From the NCBI GenBank assembly GCA_048937405.1, contig JBHLNF010000004.1, positions 128,001 through 192,000 of the forward strand: DNA of 64,000 nt, read 5' to 3'. The notes beneath the pieces were generated by a model. The model was not told the origin of the DNA, ran no database searches, and saw only the letters and a program-made list of their open reading frames with translations. The stretch comes from Promethearchaeota archaeon. GTDB taxonomy: Archaea > Asgardarchaeota > Lokiarchaeia > Sigyniarchaeales > SOKP01. This document shows, piece by piece, positions 9,975 through 19,352 of the stretch (position 1 is the first letter of the stretch; each line of letters opens with the position of its first letter). Made by a program: the position numbers and the translations under genes.

Positions 9975-10814
9975 TCAAGTGCCTCCTAATTGCTCTTTAA
10001 TTTGTTCTTTAAGCAATTCTCTTTTACTTTTTGTTTGTACGGGTTTAGATTTAGCGTCAATGCGTTTAAGAAATTCTATAGCTATAATTTTTCCATTCTC
10101 ACTAAGGATTCTTGGGGCATAATCCGCAGCAAAAAAGACACCTTCAGGAATAGCTCCAACTTTCGAAATTTCTTTAGTAACTTGTTTTTCACCTAAAAAT
10201 TGTTGTACTTTTTCAACAATGGAATATGCTTGATTACCAATGATAATTAATTCTCTTTCAAAACCAGCTGGTATTTGGATTTCTTCCAATTTTTGCATTA
10301 CTTGTTGAAAATCTATCTGGGAGGATTCTTGCATTAATCCTGTCATAGTTCCATCGCCCCTATATAAGGGACCAGTATTCTGAGCCGCTCTGTCTCTACT
10401 TCCTGCTATATTCATTCCCTCAGCGGGTTCTGGGGCTCCAAAAATATTCTTTTCGCGCAATGGATGTACTGTAGATGCAGAAACAGGTGCTGCTTTAATT
10501 TCTTTTGCTACTCCTGCTTCTGTGTGCCCTCCAATTATTTTAATAAATTCAGGTTCTTCTTCTCCTTCATCAAGTGGTACGACAGCATAATGCATTCCAA
10601 CTTGACCTCTAATTTCTTGTGATCTTTTTGCTCCAATGAACTTTGATCTGACACTACTTTTTAGGCCTTTCCATAAAAATACTTTTCTTATATCGTCTGC
10701 AACAAGAACATAACATTCTTCTGTTTTTAATATATCTTTTATTGGACCTTGGCTTTCTAATTCTGTAGTTGTCCCATCTGGGTTAATAAGAAATACTTGT
10801 GGTATTTTAATCAA
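9975..10814 (-). CDS. Gelsolin-domain protein with a C-terminal extension domain
   Basis: LKTEECYVLV..RKVFLWKGLKSSVRSKFIGA...LDEGEEEPEF is a typical gelsolin repeat. Confidence 0.88.
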   Translation of the reverse strand: MIKIPQVFLINPDGTTTELESQGPIKDILKTEECYVLVADDIRKVFLWKGLKSSVRSKFIGAKRSQEIRGQVGMHYAVVPLDEGEEEPEFIKIIGGHTEAGVAKEIKAAPVSASTVHPLREKNIFGAPEPAEGMNIAGSRDRAAQNTGPLYRGDGTMTGLMQESSQIDFQQVMQKLEEIQIPAGFERELIIIGNQAYSIVEKVQQFLGEKQVTKEISKVGAIPEGVFFAADYAPRILSENGKIIAIEFLKRIDAKSKPVQTKSKRELLKEQIKEQLGGT

Positions 10815-10994
10815 TCTCCTTTCTATTTTTTATGAAATATAGTAGTTAATACTATTCTAAATCCTCAACTTAAGTTTTCAAAATAACGAATTTAATTATA
10901 TAATAAATAATAAATTAGAAATTAATAAATCTTTATCTTAGAGATTATTCACGTTCTGACATCTGTTAATGAACAATTATCTTTTTGCAAAACG

Positions 10995-12566
10995 TTAAAA
11001 GTTATGAACATTGTTTATTGTATTATTAATATTTTTAACCATATCTAAAGCTGTAAAACGAGACCCTATAGTATTTTTGCAATTTTCACCTATTAAACCA
11101 TTAAGAAAAGCTGCTGAGCATGCAGACTGAAAAGAATTATTTTTTGTAGCAATAAAGCAAGCACTTAATCCTGCCAATACATCACCTGTTCCTCCAATAC
11201 TCATTTCAGGGCATCCAGTTTTGTTAATCTTTATTTGCTTTCCATTAGAAATGTAATCATAGGGGCCTTTTAAAAGCAAAGTCAGGTCAAGATTTTTAGC
11301 TAAATCAAGTATAATTTTACTTCTATCGACTATATTGTTATGGGGGGGTAATTCCATGCCTGTCATAATTCTTAATTCTCCTTCATGAGGTGTTAATATT
11401 ACAGGTAAGCTTTTAATTAATGCAAGATGATTCTTCATCAATTTTAAAGCATCAGCATCAAGTATAAATGGTTTTTTATGTTCTTTTAAAATTTTGAGTA
11501 ATTCTATCAATAAGTTTTCAGTTTCTTTTTCTATTCCTAAACCAGGACCTATTAATATTGAATCTGCCCACCTTATTAATTCTCTCAGATCATCTAAAGC
11601 TTCTGTATTTAACCAATTTCCTTTACTTGATCTCACTATCATATTAGGTGAATAATTTCTGAGAACATTTGCAATTATTTCTGGTACATATGTTATAACT
11701 AGATCAATTCCAAAATTAATTCCTGTTAATGAAGCATAAGCTGGGGCTCCAGAGTAATTTTTAGAACCTCCAACTATCAAAATCTTTCCAAATTCCCCTT
11801 TATGAACATCATTTTTCCTTTTTTTTAAGGTTGGTAATAAATCACCCCTCCCAACAAAAAGATTTGCTTCTGGAGGAATTCCAATAGACTTTTCTATTAT
11901 TTCGTTAATATGGTCATTGCTGCAAGACAAACCCATTTTTCTTTTATGAAAAGTAATTACCAAGTCTGCATAAACCGCCTTATCAGAAACAACTCCAGTA
12001 TTAGGATCTACTCCTGATGGTACATCAATTGAAACTACTGTCTTTTTTCCATTCTCTACTTTTTTAATATTATTTATTAAATCTATAGCAGACGCAATAG
12101 GCTCTCTAATTTTTCCTTGTATTCCAGTTCCTAACAAGGCATCAACAATTACTTGATACGTTTTATCTTCTTTAATTTTATTACCTATGTCAACTAAATC
12201 TGTGGAATCCTTCGCTATTTCTACTTCTATAATATAATTAAGGTTGTTAAAAATTATATTCCAGTTTAATTGAGCCTCTTTTGTTCGAATATTATTTGGA
12301 TTACCAACTAAAACAACTAAAACTTTGACACCACGAGAACTTAAATGTCTAGCAACAACAAATCCATCTCCTCCATTATTTCCAGTTCCACAAAAAATTA
12401 CTGTTTTTTTGTTAGGTTCTACATAGCCACGATTCATAATTTTTGCGGCAACAGAATAACCAGCACATTCCATTAAATGACTTTTTGGGATTCCAAGCCA
12501 CTCTGAGTTATTATCTAAAATTGCCATTTCTTCAGATGTTATCTTTTCAGAATTTAATTCTTTCAT
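10995..12566 (-). CDS. nnr: Bifunctional NAD(P)HX epimerase/dehydratase
   Basis: LMECAG, CGTGNNGGDGFV, DALLGTG, HKGEFG, LTPHEGE and GGTGDVLAG. Confidence 0.96.
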   Translation of the reverse strand: MKELNSEKITSEEMAILDNNSEWLGIPKSHLMECAGYSVAAKIMNRGYVEPNKKTVIFCGTGNNGGDGFVVARHLSSRGVKVLVVLVGNPNNIRTKEAQLNWNIIFNNLNYIIEVEIAKDSTDLVDIGNKIKEDKTYQVIVDALLGTGIQGKIREPIASAIDLINNIKKVENGKKTVVSIDVPSGVDPNTGVVSDKAVYADLVITFHKRKMGLSCSNDHINEIIEKSIGIPPEANLFVGRGDLLPTLKKRKNDVHKGEFGKILIVGGSKNYSGAPAYASLTGINFGIDLVITYVPEIIANVLRNYSPNMIVRSSKGNWLNTEALDDLRELIRWADSILIGPGLGIEKETENLLIELLKILKEHKKPFILDADALKLMKNHLALIKSLPVILTPHEGELRIMTGMELPPHNNIVDRSKIILDLAKNLDLTLLLKGPYDYISNGKQIKINKTGCPEMSIGGTGDVLAGLSACFIATKNNSFQSACSAAFLNGLIGENCKNTIGSRFTALDMVKNINNTINNVHNF

Positions 12567-12699
12567 AACAATTTAATTTAAGATTAGACATAATAAATTT
12601 TTTAGTTTAATACTAATTTTTAATTGATTAACAACTTCATAATTCAAACCAAATCCTATTGAATTTAAGTTTTAAAAAATAAAAAAATTCTTTAAGAAA

Positions 12700-13509
12700 A
12701 TGAATGAAGATCTAGAAAAATATCAGATTTATGGTAAAAAATTTGAGGAATTTTTGCGTCCATCATCATTTCCAATAGCTATTAAACTTCTAAAGGATGA
12801 ATCAGAAATTCCCTCTTATTGTAAAAGACCAAAATCAGATTTGAATATTCAGACTTTTATATGTCAAATCTATAGGATGGTCCGAAGTTATGGATGGACC
12901 ATGGCAATGACGGAGGAGGATTGTGCTTGTAAATTAGCAAGAGGTATATACGGGTGGGATCCTATGACAGAAGAAGAAAAATCTTTTGGTAATCAGTTCA
13001 GTCTTGGACTTTATGCAAAAGATTTAGAGACTGCGAAAAAATGGCAAGATAAAATGTATTTGTCCAAAGAAAACTATGTAGGATTTATTATTTCACCTTT
13101 GACAAGAACTAAAATTGAACCTGATGTTGTACAAATTTATTGTAATCCTGCGCAGGCTATGAGGTTAATACAAGGTTATCTTTATAATAAAGGGGGGGTC
13201 CTTGAATTCACATCTGGAGGGAGGGGGGCGTCTTGTCATGAAGGAATTATTAAAACTGTCCAAACGGATGAACCACAATTAGTTATTCTTGGAAATGGTG
13301 ATCGTATTTGGGGTGGAGCTGATGATTCAGAACTTATGTTTTCAATTCCTAAAAGTAAATTAGAACTTGTTCTAGATGGATTAGAAGCAACTCATAAAGC
13401 TGGGTTGAGATATCCAATCCCGAAATATATGAATTATAATCCAGGATTTCAAACTAAATTTGAACAAAAAGCGATAGAACGAGCAGGAGGAACCATTAGA
13501 AAAGAATAA
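12700..13509 (+). CDS. DUF169 family protein
   Basis: PIAIKL, ICQ, PL....EPDVV.IY.NPAQAMRL and GDR..GG..D.EL pattern. Confidence 0.85.
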   Translation: MNEDLEKYQIYGKKFEEFLRPSSFPIAIKLLKDESEIPSYCKRPKSDLNIQTFICQIYRMVRSYGWTMAMTEEDCACKLARGIYGWDPMTEEEKSFGNQFSLGLYAKDLETAKKWQDKMYLSKENYVGFIISPLTRTKIEPDVVQIYCNPAQAMRLIQGYLYNKGGVLEFTSGGRGASCHEGIIKTVQTDEPQLVILGNGDRIWGGADDSELMFSIPKSKLELVLDGLEATHKAGLRYPIPKYMNYNPGFQTKFEQKAIERAGGTIRKE

Positions 13510-13570
13510 TCACACTTAACTATCCCAGAATTTAATTCAATGAGTTAAATGAAATGAAAAAAAGTTAAAG

Positions 13571-13708
13571 TGCCGGTGGAGGGATTCGAGCCCTCGAACC
13601 TCCAGAATACATCCAGTCTGACCCATTTTTTCAGAAGGATTATGAGTCTGGCGCATATTAAACATACAAATAGTATTTATGTTTTATAACCAACTAAGCC
13701 ACACCGGC
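13571..13708 (-). tRNA. tRNA-Met(CAU), elongator type, with two introns: D-arm 23/24 (13655-13684) and anticodon loop 37/38 (~13608-13640)
   Basis: Acceptor stem GCCGGTG/CACCGGC, anticodon stem CCAGA/TCTGG around CT-CAT-A, T-stem GAGGG/CCCTC. It lacks the initiator A1-U72 pair and the three G-C pairs. Confidence 0.88.
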
Positions 13709-13721
13709 AGTTTTGCTTTAA

Positions 13722-13827
13722 TGGAGCCTCAAGGGGGCTTATCATTTTCGAGCTAGATGCTCGTATATTATGATCCCCCGACCTTTGCCTTACCAAGGCA
13801 ACGCTCTACCGACTGAGCTATTGAGGC
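13722..13827 (-). tRNA. tRNA-Thr(GGU) with a 30-nt T-loop intron (~13739-13768) and encoded CCA
   Basis: Acceptor GCCTCAA/TTGAGGC, D-stem GCTC/GAGC, anticodon arm TTGCC-TTGGTAA-GGCAA, T-stem GGGGG/CCCCC interrupted by a hairpin-forming insert. Confidence 0.92.
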
Positions 13828-14222
13828 ACCTTTTTTTAGAACCTATGCTACAAAAATTAATTATTCCTGAATTAAAAATTTTTTTACATGATAATTGTAT
13901 TAATAAAAAGAGCATAGCTAATACAATAGATGTACGGATGGAAATTTCTTAATCACAATATTTGAAAAAAAAAAAATTTGGATTAAAGTTATTTTTGATA
14001 AATTACTTACTTATTTAGTCGTTATTATTATTTATCTATTGGATAATTTTACTCAGTTTAATACTATTTTGATTTAACCAAAGTTTTAAATATAATAGTT
14101 GTTGAAACTACATAGTACATATTTCAATAGAAATATGTATACCATTAAAATATATATCCATTGAATGGATACTTATTTCAGAACAGATGAGTTTAGGAAT
14201 AATTTCAATTAAGTAAGAAAAA

Positions 14223-15626
14223 ATGAAGATTCTATTAATATATCCTCCCTTTCAAGCTGGAAAAGGTATGGGACAGGTGATGTGCAGTCCTCCGCTTTCA
14301 TTGTTGACTTTAGCTGGAGCGGTTAAAGATCTTGATCATGAAATTGAAATACTTGACTTAAATAGTGATTATTCTTACGGAATTAAGAAAATTCAACAGA
14401 AAATTAAGCAATATGATATGATTGGAATCACTTGTATGACAAATACTTTTAAAGTAGTATTAAATATTTGTAAAATTGCTAAAAAGTGTGGAGTTAAAAC
14501 TCTATTGGGTGGGTTTCATCCGACTCTACAACCAGATATTATTGAAAAATTTGATTGTATTGACATGATTTGTAGGGGGGAAGGAGAAGAAACATTCAGA
14601 GAATTATTAGATGACAAACCGATAGATAAGATTTTAGGATTATCTTATCGAGACAACGGAAAAGTATTTCATAATCCAGATCGAAAATTAATTAAAAATT
14701 TAGATAATTTATCTTATCCATATAATAGACTTATTCCTTCTGATTCTTATCATTATTTATGGGTAAAAGCTTGGGTTGTTGAATCAAGCAGAGGATGCCC
14801 TTTTAGCTGCAATTTTTGTTGTGTAACTAAATTTCATAAAGGCAAATATAGAGTAAAATCACCCCAGAGAGTAATTAAAGAGCTTTTAAATGTGCCTAAT
14901 AATGTTAAATTAATATTTTTTGTAGATGATAATTTTTCGCTAAACTATAAGCGTGTTCTTCACATCTGTGAATTAATAAGAAAAAATAAACTTCATAAAC
15001 GATTTATGTTTGTTTGCCAAAGTCGAGTTGATGATTTAGCAAATAATCCTGATATGGTTAAAGAGATGGCAAAAGCAGGATTTATCTGTGTCTTTCTTGG
15101 TATCGAATCTACAAAACAAATGAGTTTGAATCGAATGAATAAGCAATACACTCTTGATAAATTGCATAAATGCATTAGTCTTTGTCATAAAAACGGAATA
15201 ATTATTTTTGGCTCTTTTATAATCGGTAATTTAGGAGAAAATTCTGAGGATGTATGGAAAACCCTTCATATGATGAAAAAACTTGATATTGACCTTATGA
15301 TGACTAATCCAATTACACCATTTCCAAATACACCTCTCTATGATGATGCTGTTGCTAATAATTGGATACCTAAGGACTTTAGATGGGAAAAATGGGATTT
15401 AACCGCTGTAATGGATACACCTGATATGTCGAGATTGGAAATACAAGAGTTAGTTGATGAAAGTTATTTTTTCTTCTATAAGGATATTCGCTATTTTTTA
15501 ATTGGAAAACGATTACTGAGAGTATTCAACCCAAAATATTGGTGGTTAAGAAAAGTTGTTTTTTCATTTATAACCAAAGGATTGACAAAATTCGTATTAC
15601 AATTAGATTATAATGTAATAGAGTAA
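14223..15626 (+). CDS. Cobalamin-binding radical SAM enzyme (class B type)
   Basis: N-terminal B12-binding PPLSL...GGFHPT...GEGE; SRGCPFSCNFC; DDNF. Confidence 0.92.
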   Translation: MKILLIYPPFQAGKGMGQVMCSPPLSLLTLAGAVKDLDHEIEILDLNSDYSYGIKKIQQKIKQYDMIGITCMTNTFKVVLNICKIAKKCGVKTLLGGFHPTLQPDIIEKFDCIDMICRGEGEETFRELLDDKPIDKILGLSYRDNGKVFHNPDRKLIKNLDNLSYPYNRLIPSDSYHYLWVKAWVVESSRGCPFSCNFCCVTKFHKGKYRVKSPQRVIKELLNVPNNVKLIFFVDDNFSLNYKRVLHICELIRKNKLHKRFMFVCQSRVDDLANNPDMVKEMAKAGFICVFLGIESTKQMSLNRMNKQYTLDKLHKCISLCHKNGIIIFGSFIIGNLGENSEDVWKTLHMMKKLDIDLMMTNPITPFPNTPLYDDAVANNWIPKDFRWEKWDLTAVMDTPDMSRLEIQELVDESYFFFYKDIRYFLIGKRLLRVFNPKYWWLRKVVFSFITKGLTKFVLQLDYNVIE

Positions 15627-15645
15627 AAAAAGATAATTCCTTTGA

Positions 15646-16323
15646 TTATAGTACAGCAGTAAATAACACTCCTAATGTAATGTAAAACTGAGCCATTATA
15701 TATGTTGTCATAATGATAAACCGTGCGTTTGTAAATTCACCTGTCCATTTATTTGTTGCTATACAAGCATCAGAAAAAATGAACGATACTGAACCAGCAT
15801 ATACTAATATAAATGGCAATCCTGAAAATTCTGCCAATCTTAAAATAGCGGCAATGTGCATTAATAAAATCGCTACTAGGTATACCAATACAGGAATCTT
15901 CATATCTTCAGTTTTATTAATGAATCTTGGAACTGTGAATATAAGAATTAATATTGCAGGTCCTAGTAAGAACAATCCCCATGTATCGAAATTCGTAATA
16001 TCAGAGATTGACAAGAAAAATGATATTATATAGAAGATCTGGTTAAGTAAAAACGCAATCATTCCAAATAAAAACCATTTTTCTTCATTCTCAAACATTA
16101 AGAAAATATCTCCCGCACATCCACCAATCAATGCCATAACAATCAACCAATCTACTCGATCTATTGAAGCACCTTCAATTACTCCAAAAATATAAAATAA
16201 GATTAACAATGGCATTAAGAATGGCTTGGTTATATATACAATATTCTGATTATTTTTGAATTCAGCAAACACTTCTACTACAGCAATAATGAAGAATAAA
16301 ATTAAAAAGATGTATTCAATCAT
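15646..16323 (-). CDS. YhhN/TMEM86 family (lysoplasmalogenase-like) membrane protein
   Basis: TKPFLMP, GDIFL, FLFGM.AFL, FIFSD..IA and IM.TY..AQ motifs. Confidence 0.9.
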   Translation of the reverse strand: MIEYIFLILFFIIAVVEVFAEFKNNQNIVYITKPFLMPLLILFYIFGVIEGASIDRVDWLIVMALIGGCAGDIFLMFENEEKWFLFGMIAFLLNQIFYIISFFLSISDITNFDTWGLFLLGPAILILIFTVPRFINKTEDMKIPVLVYLVAILLMHIAAILRLAEFSGLPFILVYAGSVSFIFSDACIATNKWTGEFTNARFIIMTTYIMAQFYITLGVLFTAVL

Positions 16324-16531
16324 AGTTTTTCACTAAAAGACATAAAAAATAGTAATTTTGAATTAATTAATATAGATTTTAATATTTTTTGGTTAATCTA
16401 TACAGAAATGAGTTATCAAAACCTATTTAGCAATTTCAATGAAAAAATTAATTCTGTAATTAAAAACAACACATCATAAATTATTATTCACAAATAACAT
16501 CAAATCAATTGATCTATTCATCAAAAAGCTT

Positions 16532-17797
16532 TCAAATTTTAAAAGCCCATTCTCCATTTCGCATTATCGGTTCAACTTTACCTTCTTCTGTAATTCCATC
16601 AATATTCATCTCTTCTGAGCCAATCATCATATCGATATGGATTGTGCTGTCATTTCCTCCTGCAGACTCGAATTCTTCATCAGTCATATCATTACCATTT
16701 TTTATGGATGGTCGATATGCACTACCAAGAGCGATATGATTTGAAGCATTTTCATCGATTAATAAATTATAAAAAACCATTCCCCGCTTTGACACGGGAG
16801 AACTATGAGGCACTAAAGCAATTTCTCCCAATCTTCGAGCTCCATTATCAAAATTAATTATTGAATTTATAGTTTGCTCACCAACTTTGGCACTTGCCTT
16901 AATGACCTGTCCCTTTGAAAATTGAAAAGTAGCATCCTCAATAACCTGACCTTCAATTATTAATGGTTTAGTAATTTTAACGTTCCCATCGACTTTATCA
17001 CGATGAGGGAGGGTAAATACCTCTTCAGTAGGCAAATTTGCTGTAAAGCTAATACCTTTTTGTGATACTTCATTCCCTCCTTGCCAGATATGGTCTTTTG
17101 GTAACCCAATAGTGAGATCTGTTTCTGGAGAAGTTAATCTTAGTTCTTTGTATTGCTTCTTATTTAGATAAATACTTCGTTTAAGTAGATAATCATTATG
17201 AGTTCGCCAAGCAGAAATAGGATCATCTTCAGTTATTCGACAAATTTCAAAGATGATCTCCCATAACTTTTGAACTCTTTCAGTTGACTTTTTATTTGGA
17301 AATAATTTTTCTGCCCATGCTACAGTTGGTATTGAGATAACTGACCAATTTAAAGCATTCTTAACAAGTGATTTTGAGACTGGTTGAAGATTTTTATTTA
17401 AAAATAATTGAAATTTTAAAATTGAACTTCGATCCACATCTTTCAGTAAATCAGGATTAGGACAAAAAATAATAAGATTGGCATCTCCCGCTTTAGAAAT
17501 ATCAAGCCTTGCATCAATTTTCCATTTTGGATATTCTCTAAGAAGTTTTTTTCGACTATGTTGAAGTCGAATCAAACGTAATTGCTCATCAGCCCATATT
17601 ACATCAACTAATCTTGCACCCATTTGATATGCTTTTTTTGCAATTATTCGAACTAAAGGTGCTGCCTCAAAAGGAACACCATCACTGAATGAAATAGGAC
17701 CTCCGATAAGTAAGCGTTGCTTTGGCTGCAAATTTAAACCAACCTTTAATATTACTTCAGCATATTTCTCTAAATTCTCTTCGAATCTGGTAGACAT
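16532..17797 (-). CDS. Aminopeptidase, M29 family (AmpS/PepS-like)
   Basis: ANLPTEEVFT, LGEIALV, LIDENASNHIALG and NDSTIHIDMMIG. Confidence 0.95.
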   Translation of the reverse strand: MSTRFEENLEKYAEVILKVGLNLQPKQRLLIGGPISFSDGVPFEAAPLVRIIAKKAYQMGARLVDVIWADEQLRLIRLQHSRKKLLREYPKWKIDARLDISKAGDANLIIFCPNPDLLKDVDRSSILKFQLFLNKNLQPVSKSLVKNALNWSVISIPTVAWAEKLFPNKKSTERVQKLWEIIFEICRITEDDPISAWRTHNDYLLKRSIYLNKKQYKELRLTSPETDLTIGLPKDHIWQGGNEVSQKGISFTANLPTEEVFTLPHRDKVDGNVKITKPLIIEGQVIEDATFQFSKGQVIKASAKVGEQTINSIINFDNGARRLGEIALVPHSSPVSKRGMVFYNLLIDENASNHIALGSAYRPSIKNGNDMTDEEFESAGGNDSTIHIDMMIGSEEMNIDGITEEGKVEPIMRNGEWAFKI

Positions 17798-17918
17798 CAG
17801 ATTTCAACTATTATTTTTTTAATAATTTCGCTAAATTTATTGTTCCACCTTTTATAAAAATTGTGACTTTGATGTTAACATTCAATTAGAATCCTATTTT
17901 GAGATATTAATCTGTTTA

Positions 17919-18002
17919 GTCAATTTTATTATTTTTATACTAAGCAAACACTTTTAATACTACCACAATAAGCAATAAAACTAAAAGAATGTATTCGATC
18001 AT
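17919..18002 (-). pseudogene. Decayed 5' fragment of a yhhN paralog
   Basis: Translates MIEYILLVLLLIVVVLKVFA*YKNNK versus MIEYIFLILFFIIAVVEVFAEFKNNQ for the intact gene starting at 16323. Confidence 0.8.
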
Positions 18003-18144
18003 AACTTCTCATTATAGTGATCTTTTGTTTAGTAAAATTCTATTAATTTAGATCTGATTAAATAATTTTGGAACAATAAGTTAAAAACTAAATATTTTTG
18101 AGTTCCAAGTTTAATTCCAAAAGATTTATATATGAAAAAAGATA

Positions 18145-18192
18145 TTTGTTCTATATTGAACGTTCGATATCGAACATTCGAAATAGAACAAA
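18145..18192. promoter_or_regulatory. Long imperfect palindrome, probable operator for the downstream MarR operon
   Basis: TTTGTTCTAT...GTTCGATATCGAAC...ATAGAACAAA, with a perfect 14-bp core at 18162-18175. Confidence 0.6.
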
Positions 18193-18350
18193 AAATAACA
18201 CAAATAAAAATTAAGCAAAAAGTATGGAAACAATGTCATTTCGTATTGGAATTAATCATTATATTTACTATAATGGACCAATTACCCAAAATAATGCCAA
18301 ATATAAAAAGAAAAATCCTATTGAAATAAAAAGCACAAAAATATATAATA

Positions 18351-18932
18351 TTGGTGAAAAAAATGAATAAAGTCAAAACTGGTTGGAAATTACCATTATT
18401 GCCCCTACCAGTTTGCCTATTAGGAGCCCATGTAAATGGTAAACCAAATTTTAATACAATTATATGGTTTAACATGTTAAACGATAATCCACCTCTAATT
18501 GGTGTTGCAATGAGAAGAACACACTATACTAATCAAGGTGTTAAGCAAAACAGATCTTTTAGTATTAATCTCCCTACTAGTAACATGGTTGTTGTAACAG
18601 ATTATTGTGGTTTACATTCTGGTTCTAAGATTGATAAATCCAATGAATTTGAGCTCTTTTATGGAGAGCTTAAGACAGCTCCGATGATTAAGGAATGTGG
18701 TATAAATATTGAATGCAAGCTAATTAACACAATAGAATTCAAATATGATGATTTATTTATTGGAGAAATTATTGAAATCTATTCTGATGAAAAATACGTG
18801 AAGGATAAGAAGCCAAAAGCAAACAAATTCGATTCATTTATCTGTTTAATGCCTAATGGTCCATATTTCAAAATTGGGGATTATTTAGCAGAAGCCTATG
18901 AAGTAGGAAGAAGTTATAAACCTAAAAAATAA
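18351..18932 (+). CDS. Flavin reductase-like protein
   Basis: GKPNF, PPLIGV, FSINLP, DYCGLHSG, APMIKEC and LFIGEI; the true start is probably the ATG at 18363. Confidence 0.9.
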   Translation: MVKKMNKVKTGWKLPLLPLPVCLLGAHVNGKPNFNTIIWFNMLNDNPPLIGVAMRRTHYTNQGVKQNRSFSINLPTSNMVVVTDYCGLHSGSKIDKSNEFELFYGELKTAPMIKECGINIECKLINTIEFKYDDLFIGEIIEIYSDEKYVKDKKPKANKFDSFICLMPNGPYFKIGDYLAEAYEVGRSYKPKK

Positions 18933-18988
18933 AAATTTTTTTTATTATTTAATCAAAATTAGATATAATTCAAAAGAGCTATAATAAA

Positions 18989-19327
18989 ATGGAAAAATCA
19001 ATTGCATATTGCGGGATTAATTGTACTGAGTGTCAAGCATATTTAGCAACCCAAAAAAATGATATTGAAGAAATCAAAGAGGTAGCAAAAGATTGGTCGA
19101 GTGAATCAATGTCATTTAAACCAGAAGATATTTATTGTGATAGTTGCAAACAGAATGATAGAATATTTAGTTGGTGTAAAGATTGTACAATAAAGAGTTG
19201 TTGTATTGGGAAAGGATTTGAAAATTGTGCATATTGTGAGGATTATTTTTGTAACAACTTAAAGATGACTTTTGATAGAACTCCATCAGCTAAAGAAAGA
19301 CTAGATCAAATCTGGAAATATCTATGA
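18989..19327 (+). CDS. DUF3795 family Cys-rich protein
   Basis: IAYCGINCTEC...CDSC...C..C.IKSCC..KG.ENCAYC.DY.C. Confidence 0.88.
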   Translation: MEKSIAYCGINCTECQAYLATQKNDIEEIKEVAKDWSSESMSFKPEDIYCDSCKQNDRIFSWCKDCTIKSCCIGKGFENCAYCEDYFCNNLKMTFDRTPSAKERLDQIWKYL

Positions 19328-19352
19328 GATATTTGATAGAGAGAATTTAGAG

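Noticed and set aside
13770-13952. 60-aa ORF MIPRPLPYQGNALPTELLRH
   Set aside because: It is the antisense shadow of tRNA-Thr.
18132-18475. Short ORFs 18132-18329 (+) and 18236-18475 (-)
   Set aside because: They overlap the palindrome/promoter region or a real gene and have no recognisable motifs.
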